A DNA stretch of 64,000 bases from a virus (IMGVR_UViG_3300047471_000949), one strand, 5' to 3'. Positions 44,136 through 54,654 are shown, numbered from the stretch's first letter. Translations and numbers: made by a program. The notes: a model not told the origin generated them from the letters alone.

Positions 44136-46852
44136 CAACAAACATTGCAAATTCCACTCCATTACCATATTTTAATCTTGCTCAAACATTTTTTGTTGAT
44201 ACATCAATCGCGCCACAAAATAGCACCATTGCATTAACAAGCGTGAATGTTTATTTTAAATATAAACCCCAATCAAACAATACATTGTCAGGATTAGCCC
44301 TTCCAGGTATTACACTTTATTTGGTTCCAACAATTTTCAACGTTCCTCAAATAACCCTTGAATCTCTGCAAAATTCTGCAAGATGTGAATGGTCGGCAAT
44401 TGCAACAAGTTCTGCAGCGGACGTTGCTACCAATTTTCGTTTTAATCAGCCTGTTTTTGTTACCCCAGGCAAATCCTATGCTATCGTTCTTTCGTTTGAC
44501 GGAAACGAAACGTTTGAACCTTGGACAGCAATTATCGGACAAAGAATCGTCGGTAAAACAACACAATTTACAGGACCAAATATTGTTGGGAATTATTACG
44601 AGTTTGTTTCTTCCCAACAAGATACAACCAACACTCCTACAAACGCAGTAACAGAAGCACAATATCTCTCGTTTTGGAACTCCGTACTTAATACCCAGAT
44701 GACCTTTGATATTTTTGCCGCAAGATATTCAGTTAATTCGGTTCCTGTTACGGTTGCTGGTCTTCCTTGCACAATTCCAATTTTTACCGGAACAGTTATA
44801 GAATCTTGGGACGCTGGCACTAATACAGTACTTCTAACCTATCCATCAAAACCATATGAAGCGATATCGTTTGATCTATCCCAGTCTACTGTTCAATCAT
44901 TTATTGGGGCTCAACGAGCTTTTCAGAACACAATCACTTATCCTGGAGGAAATTCGGCAGTAGTCAATGCAACGGCCTATGGCGGAACCTTTGTTCCAAT
45001 ATCAGTAACAACGGGCAATACTATTATCACCGCAAATAACAACCTTCCTAATGGCGTGGCTTTTGATTGGAATGCAATCTATCCCAGCTTAACCGGCACT
45101 CCATTTGTTACGATTACCTCGGCAGGTCAATATAATGTTCGAATGGTTGTTGGTATTCCGAATACTACAGTTATTCAGGTCGACGAACCAGTTTCCTTCA
45201 CTAATGCAGCTGCAAGGTTTATGGTAACCCCAGCCGGAACTGTTGATTCTATTCTCCAACATAGCCCCTACGGCGTTCTACAGAATGTTCTATTCCTTGG
45301 CGGAAGTTCTGCTAATTCAAAAGTGCGTTTCGTTAACAACACGATCCAGACTATTACAGCAAGTGGAGGAACTGGTTACAACAACAGCGATGTCCTATAT
45401 ATTCAGGGCTTCCAGAATGTTGCGGGCAAGGCAGTAGGCGGCTATCCGGCTATTGCGAACATTGTCACCAACGGCTCTGGTACAATCACAAATATCTATC
45501 CATCTAATCTTGGTTGCGGTTTTGTCAATTCGCAAAATATGTTTGCGGCTGTATCAAACTCGACGCCAGGAAATCAACTTACTAATACCTCGGCAGGCAG
45601 CGGCGCTTCGTTTACTTACACAGTTGGCGCAACCGTGATTACCGAGCAGACAAACAATATCTTCCAGAACTGTATCGTTTCTAACTTTAATATTGATGAT
45701 ATTACAGCTTTCTTTAAGCTTGATAGTCCGGCTGGAATAACCTATGCAATTACTGCAACAACACAATATTACATGAATGTTGATTCAGCGGTATATGGGG
45801 GTCTGTCTTGGTATGTCCAAAATGCTCCAACATCCTTTCCTATCACACTGAATAAAATTTCGTCGTTAGTTTCAAACAATCCTGTGGCATTTGTTTCGTG
45901 GAGCAACGAATTTGTTACTTGTTTTGCTAATGGAGCATTGAATACATTTATAAATGCATCATCTCAAATTAGTAATGGCATTATTATTCAGGTGGCCACC
46001 CACCTCAATATTCCTAATGATTTTATTGCGATCAATATTCCGGCGCCTCCAACAATAGAGTTTGGTCATTTTGTTGTTAATAATAGTTGGTATAATGAGT
46101 ATACCAATTCGGGTAATGCCTGGGCAAAACATATAACATCGCTTATTAACTTCAATAACTCTGCGGAAGACCTTCGAGTCTATCTGACAGTCTATAAACC
46201 CATTAATACAGATTTTAGGGTTTATGCAAAAATTCAGAATGCAAACGATCCTGGATTTTTCTCAAAAGAAGACTGGACCGAGCTACAATTGATCGCCGGT
46301 CAAGGCCTGGTTTCTTCTTCGGTTGATCGAAGCAATTATGTCGAGCTTGGATATGGTTTTTATCCTTATCCTCAGATGAATACTCAGTCAGGGGCATTCC
46401 AAACTACAACACTTGCTGGAACAATCTCAACAACCAATAACTCATCAAATGTCGTTGGAGTCAATACTTCGTTTATTTCAACAGCAAATATTGCGAATGG
46501 CGCAATGGTTAGAATTTATGCTCCATTATTTCCAGCTGCTGATTATATTGTAGCCACCGTTAATAATGCCGTATCCGACACACAACTGAATTTGGATACA
46601 GTTTTTACCTCCAACGTTAATATTGGCGGTAATCCGGCGCTGATTGCTAATGGCTTAGCCATTGATGTAATCGGCTATCCGCACCAGACATTCAACAACA
46701 TCAATAATGATAATGTGTCGCGGTATTGGTCGCAATCCACGGTTAAATACGATGGATTTAGTCTAATGCAGCTGAAGGTGGTTATGTTGTCGAATGCCTA
46801 CTCTTATATCCCTGAGATACACGATATACGGTTGTTGGGAGTATCGGCCTAA
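44132..46852 (+). CDS. VrlC-like protein, C-terminal part
   Basis: LAQTFFV...LTSVNVYF and AEDLRVYL..YKP..TDFRVYAK motifs. Confidence 0.75.
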   Translation: MTTNIANSTPLPYFNLAQTFFVDTSIAPQNSTIALTSVNVYFKYKPQSNNTLSGLALPGITLYLVPTIFNVPQITLESLQNSARCEWSAIATSSAADVATNFRFNQPVFVTPGKSYAIVLSFDGNETFEPWTAIIGQRIVGKTTQFTGPNIVGNYYEFVSSQQDTTNTPTNAVTEAQYLSFWNSVLNTQMTFDIFAARYSVNSVPVTVAGLPCTIPIFTGTVIESWDAGTNTVLLTYPSKPYEAISFDLSQSTVQSFIGAQRAFQNTITYPGGNSAVVNATAYGGTFVPISVTTGNTIITANNNLPNGVAFDWNAIYPSLTGTPFVTITSAGQYNVRMVVGIPNTTVIQVDEPVSFTNAAARFMVTPAGTVDSILQHSPYGVLQNVLFLGGSSANSKVRFVNNTIQTITASGGTGYNNSDVLYIQGFQNVAGKAVGGYPAIANIVTNGSGTITNIYPSNLGCGFVNSQNMFAAVSNSTPGNQLTNTSAGSGASFTYTVGATVITEQTNNIFQNCIVSNFNIDDITAFFKLDSPAGITYAITATTQYYMNVDSAVYGGLSWYVQNAPTSFPITLNKISSLVSNNPVAFVSWSNEFVTCFANGALNTFINASSQISNGIIIQVATHLNIPNDFIAINIPAPPTIEFGHFVVNNSWYNEYTNSGNAWAKHITSLINFNNSAEDLRVYLTVYKPINTDFRVYAKIQNANDPGFFSKEDWTELQLIAGQGLVSSSVDRSNYVELGYGFYPYPQMNTQSGAFQTTTLAGTISTTNNSSNVVGVNTSFISTANIANGAMVRIYAPLFPAADYIVATVNNAVSDTQLNLDTVFTSNVNIGGNPALIANGLAIDVIGYPHQTFNNINNDNVSRYWSQSTVKYDGFSLMQLKVVMLSNAYSYIPEIHDIRLLGVSA

Positions 46853-47046
46853 TGATCGATCTGGTAAAAACCAATGTTGCTGGTTTCTCAAAAAACAAGA
46901 AATCAAACGTGCTGATTAATACTGATCTGAGCCGAATGACTTCGATTAGGGAAGAACGCCAAAAAGCAAAAGTACTAAAGATGATGCAAGATCGAATAAA
47001 TATGCTGGAATATCGTCTAGCTCTTCTTGAAAGCAAAGTTACATGA
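46852..47046 (+). CDS. conserved small coiled-coil protein following VrlC
   Basis: GFSKNKKSNVLINTD...coiled coil; TAATG-coupled. Confidence 0.7.
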   Translation: MIDLVKTNVAGFSKNKKSNVLINTDLSRMTSIREERQKAKVLKMMQDRINMLEYRLALLESKVT

Positions 47047-48620
47047 GCCGGGTTCTTAACTTCCTAAACATTAGCACCGACCACTTTAGCAATTTGTATG
47101 CGCTAGCAAACAACCTTGTTTCGGTGTTAGCTAACGAGACAGTTACGGCCAATTCTATCGCGGGCGGAGCTATGACCGTCGGAAACGGATTCGTTTCGGG
47201 TATTTTCGGGGCTAATACCATTACTACAACGACGCTTCGCGGCGGTAATGTTGGGACTACTACAGCGGTTGCACTTGGCGCAAATCTGACTGGGACTGGT
47301 TTCAGGCTGCAAGTTGGAAACGTTGCGGTAAATGACACAGTTCTTGCAGTTGGCGCCAATATTATTGCCAATACTATATCCTACTGGGCTGGTAATACTA
47401 TAGCAAATCTTACTATAACTGCAACATCTATCGTGGTCGCCAACGCTTCTGGACAGACTTCAATAACTCCTACCACCTTCTTTTCTGGCAACTCAACTGT
47501 TAATGCTTTTAGCAATTCAACGGTTGATGTTATTGCTAATGCCACATCGCAGGCAGTCTTCACGCAAGGCTCACTGTTAATCGGCAACTCGTTGGCCAAT
47601 TCGCTGGTCAATTCGACGGCTGTTGTCTCTCCTTCTGGAATTTTTGGTGGGGCTTCAGCTTCGGTGGCGAATGCCTCAGGGTTCTTTTTTAATAATGTTC
47701 AGGTAACAGGAGGTGGCGGAGGCGGCACCCCTGGTGGAGCAAACGCCACCATTCAGTACTCGAACAATGCTGCTTTTGCTGGAAGCTCCAACCTGACCTA
47801 TAACTGGACAACCACAGTTCTGGCCATTGGAGCTGGGACAGGTGTAACTATTAACTCTTCAGCCTTTTCTGGGACAGCCAACAATGCACTTAATCTGGGG
47901 GGCACCGTAGCCTCCGGTTATCAGACGGCTGCTGGACTTTCAGCCAACGTTATATTATTAACAGCCAATAATGCAAACTTCCTTGGGGGTGTAGCAGCCG
48001 CAGGTTATCAAACAGGTGCTGGACTGGCTGCAAATGTCCTGACTCTGACTGCTAATAATGCCACCAACTTTGGAGGTCTCCCGCCTTCCAGCTATCTATC
48101 AACTGCTGGACTGGCGGCAAATGTTCTAACCATGACCTCGAACAATACATTGTTTCATGTTTCAGGTCAGACAAATATCAATTCTACCTCGTGGGGTATT
48201 GGTAATACGATAGCTAATACCACAGTCAATTCAACAATTATTGCAGTTAGTTCTCCGGGTGTCAATACCCAAGTTAATACCACGGCGATGTCGTTTGGAA
48301 TTTCGGCTATTTCTCCTGTAACAATTTCATCGACTGGAGCAGTTCCTCAAGTGATCGATGCCTTTCCGTTAGCTACCTATCGGGCGGCTGAATATCTGAT
48401 ATCAATCAAAGATAATAATGCGAATAATTATCAGCTGTCTAAAATACTTCTGTTACATACAGGAGGCGATGCAATTCTGACTTCTTATGGAACTCTTATA
48501 AGTAATACTGATCTGGGAGGTTTTACGGCTTCTGCGAATGCGACCGCTGCGGCGCTTACTTTCAATCCAACTTCAGCAAGCACCGTTCTGAAAATAAACA
48601 GAATTCTTATAGCGGTTTAA
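47043..48620 (+). CDS. fibre/structural protein
   Basis: N/S/T/A/G-rich repeats; C-terminal IDAF..ATYRAAEYLISIKD...YQ domain. Confidence 0.75.
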   Translation: MSRVLNFLNISTDHFSNLYALANNLVSVLANETVTANSIAGGAMTVGNGFVSGIFGANTITTTTLRGGNVGTTTAVALGANLTGTGFRLQVGNVAVNDTVLAVGANIIANTISYWAGNTIANLTITATSIVVANASGQTSITPTTFFSGNSTVNAFSNSTVDVIANATSQAVFTQGSLLIGNSLANSLVNSTAVVSPSGIFGGASASVANASGFFFNNVQVTGGGGGGTPGGANATIQYSNNAAFAGSSNLTYNWTTTVLAIGAGTGVTINSSAFSGTANNALNLGGTVASGYQTAAGLSANVILLTANNANFLGGVAAAGYQTGAGLAANVLTLTANNATNFGGLPPSSYLSTAGLAANVLTMTSNNTLFHVSGQTNINSTSWGIGNTIANTTVNSTIIAVSSPGVNTQVNTTAMSFGISAISPVTISSTGAVPQVIDAFPLATYRAAEYLISIKDNNANNYQLSKILLLHTGGDAILTSYGTLISNTDLGGFTASANATAAALTFNPTSASTVLKINRILIAV

Positions 48621-48628
48621 TCACTTTA

Positions 48629-49654
48629 TTAGAATACTACGACAATTACTTGACCGTTAGCCCCCGCACCAGAGCCTGCAAACGTCCCATTCGCAGCAGC
48701 GCCGCCGCCGCCTCCTGGAAAAACGCCGCCAGTTGCGGCTACTGTAGAATTGCCACCAGCACCACCATTACCCCCACCAAAAGTATTACCAGATAAAGAT
48801 GAGGCACCCCCCAGCGCAATTGCAAGGTTCCTAACGCTATTGCCGCCACCACCACCTCCCATAAATGAGGCGCCGCCTAGCAAGCCAGTGCCGCCGCCAG
48901 CTCCAGCTCCACCGCCTCCACCATAGACTGACGGCCCTCCCGGGGTGCTGGCAGTGGAAAGACCACCAGAACTAAATGGATCGGTCATCGCGAAGCCCGT
49001 TCCTGGAGTGCCGGGACTTCCTGCGCTAGTCCAGCCGCCTCCGCCTCCGCCGGCTGTTTGGCTGGTGTTGCCGTTACCACCGCCTCCTCCTCCAAACGCT
49101 TTCCAAATTGTAGAAACGCCTCCTTGATTGAAAGATGAATCGCCTCCAACTAGACCAGTATTAGAAAGTGATGCGGCTGCTGCAGTACGGGATACTCCCC
49201 CGATGCCGACAGTTACAGTTTCAGTTGAATTAAACGCTGAAAGTGGTGCATAACCAAATACATATGCACCACCACCACCACCGCCGGCCGCACCGAGTGC
49301 GGCATTAGCACACCCCCCTGAACCGCCTGCTCCCCAAACGTAAATAGCAACAGTAGTTCCTGAAGCAGGTTTTGTCCAAGTACCGTTTGCTGAAAAGGTT
49401 TGAACGTTGCTTCCGCCACTAGTAAGAGCAACACCTTTGATTGCGAATGCTGTAGAATTTATCGAAGTATTCGATGAAGCGTCAGCAACTGACATAACTA
49501 GCGAATTTGCAACAGTATTGACTGTGGCATTACCAATCCAAACTGGCGCTCCAGTAACAGCAATTGTTGTGGAATTAGCGACAAAGGTGGTGTTTACCGT
49601 GAGCGCAGTATTAACTGCTAGTCCTTGTCGTACTCTGAAATCTTGTGTAGCCAT
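48629..49654 (-). CDS. glycine-rich fibre/adhesin protein
   Basis: VQTFSANGTWTKP...VWGAGGSGG; long Gly-rich domain. Confidence 0.8.
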   Translation of the reverse strand: MATQDFRVRQGLAVNTALTVNTTFVANSTTIAVTGAPVWIGNATVNTVANSLVMSVADASSNTSINSTAFAIKGVALTSGGSNVQTFSANGTWTKPASGTTVAIYVWGAGGSGGCANAALGAAGGGGGGAYVFGYAPLSAFNSTETVTVGIGGVSRTAAAASLSNTGLVGGDSSFNQGGVSTIWKAFGGGGGGNGNTSQTAGGGGGGWTSAGSPGTPGTGFAMTDPFSSGGLSTASTPGGPSVYGGGGGAGAGGGTGLLGGASFMGGGGGGNSVRNLAIALGGASSLSGNTFGGGNGGAGGNSTVAATGGVFPGGGGGAAANGTFAGSGAGANGQVIVVVF

Positions 49655-49699
49655 TGTTGAGTTCCCTTTCCCCCAAGTTTAGTTATTTAGTATTTTTAT

Positions 49700-49707
49700 T
49701 ATTTATA
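49700..49707 (-). promoter_or_regulatory. T4-type late promoter
   Basis: exact TATAAATA on the minus strand. Confidence 0.65.
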
Positions 49708-51988
49708 CTGTATAGGCAAGCCTGGAGCCTTTTACTATAGTTCCAGTTGAAACCGGCGTAAAGTTTAGTGCAGCTGCAGTGGAATTAGCTGTTGCGGTGA
49801 ATGTTCCCATCGCTGTGTTGCTAATCAGGGGGGCATATTCTGTTAGAATTGCATTCGTTCCATCCTGAAGCATTTCGATCCGGGAAGTCTGATAGTTGTT
49901 GGCGGCAGTATCCTTGATCGAGAGAACATATTCGGCTGAGCGGAATGTGGCGATTAGAAACGAATCGATAACCTGGGCACCAGTTCCAGAGGTGGTGAAG
50001 TTAACTGTTGAGAATAATGAAACGCCGTTAAATGCTAATGATATTGAGTTTATCGTAGTATTGACGGTGGTATTGCCGATTTGCCACGAAGTTGAATTGA
50101 TTAGTGTCTGACCTGAAGCAACAAAATTTGTGTTGTTCGCGGTCATAGTCAAGACATTAGCCGCCAGGGTGCTGTTTAGCTGATATGAGGCTGCTGCTGT
50201 TCCTCCAAGGAAGTTCGCATTATTTGCGGTCAGAACTAAAACGTTGGCTGCTAGTCCGGCTGTTGTTTGATAACCGGCTGCAGCCGTTCCGCCAAGATTG
50301 AGCGCATTATTAGCAGTTCCAGAAAAGGCGGTTGAGTTTACGGTGACACTGAAGGTCGCATTGCCCACAAACACTATTGTCGCATTCGCCGACACGTTTG
50401 CAATTGTATTGCCGAGTGTGACAGTATTAGGAGTAATAATGGTTTGAGCGGTCGAGTTGGAAACTAACATAATTGTTGAGTTTACAAACACATTAGCTAC
50501 GGTATTACCAATACCCCACGTTGTAGAGTTAATAGTTGTCTGGCCTGAAACATGGAAGGTTGTATTGTTTGATGTTAGAACTAAAACGTTAGCAGCTAGT
50601 CCAGCCGTGGTCTGATAGCCTGCTGCTGCTGTTCCTCCAAGGAAGTTCGCATTATTGGCAGTGAGGACTAGAACATTCGCAGCCAGTCCAGCCGTAGTCT
50701 GATAACCAGCAGCCGCAGTGCCTCCAAGATTGGTTGCGTTGTTGGCCGTTCCAGAGAAGGTAGTTGAATTTGCTAGAACGTTGACTGTTGCGTTACCAAT
50801 CAATATCTGACTTGAATTAACCGAAATATTAGAAATGGTGTTTCCGAGAGAAATAACTCCCGGAATAATTGTTGTGTTTGAGCCGGTAGTAGAATTGACT
50901 AGATATATTTGGATTGAATTCACGAAGGCGTTGGCCGTAGAATTGCCCAGTGACATAGAGATAGGCGTTGAAACTGTCTGACCTAATGAATTTGCTAAAA
51001 TCTCTATAATAGAATTACCAAAATTATTAGCAGTTGAGTTGCCTATCGAAAATCCGCCTGGGTCTTTATGAAACTTTGAAGTAGCGTTTGTAACTTCTAT
51101 GGCAGTTGAATTTATGAATAGATTGGCTATAGTATTACCAATTGTTATGGATTGAGAATTGACGATTGTTTGACCCTGGTTAATAACAACCGCGTTCGCC
51201 GCAGACATAGTTAAGACGTTTGCAGCCAGTGTGCTGTTTAGCTGATATGAGGCTGCAGCAACAGTTCCGAGGAAGTTGGCGTTATTAGCCGTGAGGACGA
51301 GAACATTTGCGGCTAGTCCAGCCGTAGTCTGATAACCAGCGGCTGCGGTGCCTCCTAGATTGGTTGCGTTGTTAGCTGTTCCAGAGAAGACGGTTGAGTT
51401 TGCAGCAACGTTGATAGTCGCATTACCAATGAAGATCGATGTTGAATTGATTGTGACATTGGCAATCGTGTTTCCTATCTGCCATGATGTAGAGTTAATA
51501 AGGGTCTGACCTGAAGCAACAAAATTTGTGTTGTTTGAGGTCATAGTCAGGACGTTTGCAGCCAGAGTGCTGTTTAGCTGATAGGAAGCAGCCGCTACAG
51601 TTCCGAGGAAGTTGGCATTATTTGCGGTCAGAACTAAGACATTAGCCGCCAGTCCAGCCGTAGTCTGATAACCAGCAGCCGCAGTTCCACCAAGATTGAG
51701 CGCATTGTTGGCAGTTCCAGAAAAAACAGTTGAGTTTGCCGCAACGTTGACCGAGGCGTTGCCGATAAATACCGCGGTTGAGTTTATATAGACATTAGTT
51801 GTGGTATTACCAACAGAAATGTTTGCTTGGTTAATATCAACATTCGCTCCAACCGATATATTTGTTGAATTGACCGAGACATTGACCGTCGAATTGCCAA
51901 CCGAGACCGCATTGGCAACAGGGAGATTTCCCTTCCCGCTTATATTAGGATATCTTTGTTTAGGACGAGAACCTGGAGTCTGAAACAT
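49703..51988 (-). CDS. fibre/structural protein, paralogue of ORF 47043
   Basis: four long repeats; same C-terminal IDSF..ATFRSAEYVLSIKD domain. Confidence 0.8.
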   Translation of the reverse strand: MFQTPGSRPKQRYPNISGKGNLPVANAVSVGNSTVNVSVNSTNISVGANVDINQANISVGNTTTNVYINSTAVFIGNASVNVAANSTVFSGTANNALNLGGTAAAGYQTTAGLAANVLVLTANNANFLGTVAAASYQLNSTLAANVLTMTSNNTNFVASGQTLINSTSWQIGNTIANVTINSTSIFIGNATINVAANSTVFSGTANNATNLGGTAAAGYQTTAGLAANVLVLTANNANFLGTVAAASYQLNSTLAANVLTMSAANAVVINQGQTIVNSQSITIGNTIANLFINSTAIEVTNATSKFHKDPGGFSIGNSTANNFGNSIIEILANSLGQTVSTPISMSLGNSTANAFVNSIQIYLVNSTTGSNTTIIPGVISLGNTISNISVNSSQILIGNATVNVLANSTTFSGTANNATNLGGTAAAGYQTTAGLAANVLVLTANNANFLGGTAAAGYQTTAGLAANVLVLTSNNTTFHVSGQTTINSTTWGIGNTVANVFVNSTIMLVSNSTAQTIITPNTVTLGNTIANVSANATIVFVGNATFSVTVNSTAFSGTANNALNLGGTAAAGYQTTAGLAANVLVLTANNANFLGGTAAASYQLNSTLAANVLTMTANNTNFVASGQTLINSTSWQIGNTTVNTTINSISLAFNGVSLFSTVNFTTSGTGAQVIDSFLIATFRSAEYVLSIKDTAANNYQTSRIEMLQDGTNAILTEYAPLISNTAMGTFTATANSTAAALNFTPVSTGTIVKGSRLAYTV
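50100..51730 (-). repeat. dispersed coding repeats (FSGTANNALNLGGTAAAGYQTTAGLAANVLVLTANNANFLG)
   Basis: four copies near 50200-50330, 50640-50760, 51270-51390 and 51600-51725, with identical 27-28 bp stretches. Confidence 0.85.
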
Positions 51989-51993
51989 TATCT

Positions 51994-52428
51994 TTAGAAG
52001 TCCGCATAGGTAACAAGGCTATAAACGTTTAGGGCGTTGGTTAGCTGAACAACTGCGGCCATTTGTAGGGTGTTAGCTCCAGGCAAGAATATATATTGTT
52101 GTCCATCGTTATCGACCGGCAATAGCCCATTCAAGCCGCCTGGAGCATTTTGGTTAAAAACTGACACGCTATTCACGGTGCCGTTTCCTGCTCCGGCAGG
52201 AACTGAAATTGTTGTAAGAGGAAACGAGGTGGCTCCGTTATTAGCAGCAATGGTGATACTTCTTGCAGCCGTATCAGTGCTATTCAGTAATATTCCAACC
52301 ACTTTTGAGCCGGATGCGCCGGCCGTAATCATTGTCAGATAATTGGTGGTATTGGTATTGGCAAGTATGGCCAGACCCAACTGAGGAGTTTTGACACGAG
52401 TTACTATCGGATTTTGGGTGAAAACCAT
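51994..52428 (-). CDS. virion structural protein (beta-sandwich-like)
   Basis: 144-aa ORF behind a late promoter. Confidence 0.7.
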   Translation of the reverse strand: MVFTQNPIVTRVKTPQLGLAILANTNTTNYLTMITAGASGSKVVGILLNSTDTAARSITIAANNGATSFPLTTISVPAGAGNGTVNSVSVFNQNAPGGLNGLLPVDNDGQQYIFLPGANTLQMAAVVQLTNALNVYSLVTYADF

Positions 52429-52462
52429 CTAGATTCTTTCCTTTTGTTATTTATTCCTTGGC

Positions 52463-52482
52463 TATTTATCTCGATATAAATA
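52463..52482. promoter_or_regulatory. back-to-back divergent late promoters
   Basis: GATAAATA (-, 52463-52470) and TATAAATA (+, 52475-52482). Confidence 0.7.
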
Positions 52483-52490
52483 TTAGAACA

Positions 52491-52817
52491 ATGACGACCA
52501 CCAATATCATAATCGCTCAGGGCGCAACCTTCCAACGAGATATCACGCTGACCGATCAAAACGGCCAACCTCTGGATGTTTCAGGATTTCAGGCCAATGC
52601 TGCAATAAAACGTGACCATTATACAAATACAGTAATGACGGTTTTTGAGACTAATCTTAGTCCCGGTAATCTCTCGCTACGCCTGGAAGACTTTACGACA
52701 ACGATTATGGTGCCGGGCGAATATGTCTATGATGTAGTCTTAACCGATGGAACCACAACCTACCGAATAGCGGAAGGACTGGCCACGGTCGACGCCGGAA
52801 CAACAGGGATAGATTAA
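52491..52817 (+). CDS. BppU-N-like structural adaptor protein (108 aa)
   Basis: IAQGATF...GEYVYDVVL...RIAEG; ATG 52491 lies downstream of the promoter. Confidence 0.7.
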   Translation: MTTTNIIIAQGATFQRDITLTDQNGQPLDVSGFQANAAIKRDHYTNTVMTVFETNLSPGNLSLRLEDFTTTIMVPGEYVYDVVLTDGTTTYRIAEGLATVDAGTTGID

Positions 52818-52818
52818 T

Positions 52819-53055
52819 ATGATACTAGAATATTTAAGCGTGGGGCCTCGTCCAACCTTCACAGTTGAAGCCACCGTAACAAGAGCTTGTCCCCAATGTG
52901 GCCACTCAGGATGGATAAATAATAAATATCACGAAGATCATTGTCCGAAATGTGGTGCCGAAAGGCCTCCAACAGAACCCCGGGGTATGATTTATAGCAC
53001 CAATCCATGGTGGTTGTTAAAGAGAAAGCTCAAAAGGCTAATAGGAAGGGATTAA
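52819..53055 (+). CDS. zinc-ribbon protein
   Basis: CPQC...CPKC. Confidence 0.6.
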   Translation: MILEYLSVGPRPTFTVEATVTRACPQCGHSGWINNKYHEDHCPKCGAERPPTEPRGMIYSTNPWWLLKRKLKRLIGRD

Positions 53056-53058
53056 AAA

Positions 53059-53280
53059 ATGGTACAATTAGAATTTCAAGTTCATCGAGCCAATGAGACC
53101 ACAGTTTCTCATTTGGTTGAAGTGAACGGCGAACAAGTTTCAGCAATTGTTCCAGCTTTTGAGGTAGAATTAGTCTCCACAAATGGTGGCGGCTCATATA
53201 CTCATCGCTGGGTTGGTGCTGGTGTTGCCGAAGCAAAGGCAGCATTTGTTCCAGGAGATACCGTTTCTCTGGAAGTCTAA
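53059..53280 (+). CDS. hypothetical protein
   Basis: 73-aa ORF, GAAGGGA SD. Confidence 0.7.
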   Translation: MVQLEFQVHRANETTVSHLVEVNGEQVSAIVPAFEVELVSTNGGGSYTHRWVGAGVAEAKAAFVPGDTVSLEV

Positions 53281-53289
53281 CAAGTTCTT

Positions 53290-54654
53290 ATGTTTGATAA
53301 TGATATTGCTGAAAAATTAAATGATTTTGCCTATGCCTGTATGAACGACCGCAAGTTCCTTGCGGCTGAATGTTGTTTTAAGCAGGCACTCGTGCTCTGT
53401 CCTGGGCACGATCGCATCCTTGGTAATCTTGGAGCAGTTTACTGGAATGTCAAGGACATTGACCAGTCGTTAGAATATTCGCTCGCCGCAGTTGCCGCCA
53501 ATAACAATAATATGGCGGCTCATTGTAACCTTGGTTTGCTGTATAATTCGATGAACAAGTTCGATGAAGCAGAGCAGGAATACCGTCTTGCCCAAAAACT
53601 TAATCCCGACAAAGCCGACTATGCCTGGAATCTTATGATGAATCATCTTGATCGAGGTGATTGGAAAAGAGGTTTAGAGGAGTTTGATGTCCGCTTTCGT
53701 TACGCCTCACACGACTATGAAGGTTTTAACTTCCCTAGATGGCATGGCGAAGACCTTACTGATAAAACACTATTAATTCGAGCAGAACAAGGGGTAGGCG
53801 ACTGTATAATGGTCTCTCGTTTCTTACCTCTGATTAAGGAGAAATGGCCATCCTCTAAGATTCTTTTTCTAACCCAACACTGGAACCTTCCGTTATTTTG
53901 GGAATATAAACGTCGTGGTGTTATTGATGAGTTTGTCCCGTTCGGAGTGTTGTATCCTGAGGCCGACTATGGCATTTATATGATGTCATTGTTAGGGATA
54001 TTTAACACAACTCCCGACAATATTCCTCCTGATCCTGGTTTCCTGAAGGATTATGCCAAGCACGTAAGAAGCTTTAAGTTAAAGACAACCCGTTCGACTC
54101 CTAAGGTTGGGATTTGTTGGGCCGGCAATCCTGATTTTCTTATGAACCATTGGCGATCGTTTCCGCTCGAAACTATGGCTCCCATCTTGACCGATCCTGA
54201 TATTACATTCTTTTCGCTACAAATGGACGAGGCCCAGAAGGATATTGAACGGCTGGGAATGACGCCAATCCTTTTTGATCTGGCTCCGAGGATAAAAAAA
54301 GAGGGTTGGAACGCTACAATCTCGGCAGTTCAACAACTTGACCTTGTTATCACAGTAGATACTGCTCCGCTTCATCTGGCTGGAGCCCTAGACATTCCAG
54401 TATGGGGCTTGTTAAATCATGCCAACTACTGGCCCTATGGCCGTGATGGGAAATTAACAACTCCGTGGTATCCCTCGCTGAAATTGGTTCGTCAGGATTA
54501 TCCTGGTCAATGGGAAACTGCTATAAATAGAGTTGTAAGTGATTTGAAGGAGTTTAAGACGAAGTTTAAACCAGAGGTCTATGTTCCTCATGGATCGTCT
54601 AAAAGCCACTCCCATTTGAATTTGGGTTCCAAAGATTTTGTCTATAGTCCTTGA
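53290..54654 (+). CDS. TPR-containing glycosyltransferase (GT-B, GT9-like C-terminus)
   Basis: three TPR-like repeats; EQGVGDCI, VGICWAGNP and LDLVITVDTAPLHLAGALDIP motifs. Confidence 0.88.
   Translation: MFDNDIAEKLNDFAYACMNDRKFLAAECCFKQALVLCPGHDRILGNLGAVYWNVKDIDQSLEYSLAAVAANNNNMAAHCNLGLLYNSMNKFDEAEQEYRLAQKLNPDKADYAWNLMMNHLDRGDWKRGLEEFDVRFRYASHDYEGFNFPRWHGEDLTDKTLLIRAEQGVGDCIMVSRFLPLIKEKWPSSKILFLTQHWNLPLFWEYKRRGVIDEFVPFGVLYPEADYGIYMMSLLGIFNTTPDNIPPDPGFLKDYAKHVRSFKLKTTRSTPKVGICWAGNPDFLMNHWRSFPLETMAPILTDPDITFFSLQMDEAQKDIERLGMTPILFDLAPRIKKEGWNATISAVQQLDLVITVDTAPLHLAGALDIPVWGLLNHANYWPYGRDGKLTTPWYPSLKLVRQDYPGQWETAINRVVSDLKEFKTKFKPEVYVPHGSSKSHSHLNLGSKDFVYSP

Noticed and set aside
47865-51730. Invertible segment (shufflon) between oppositely oriented fibre paralogues 47043 and 49703
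   Set aside because: The shared repeats differ at many synonymous positions, with no long identical crossover site, and no recombinase is in the window.
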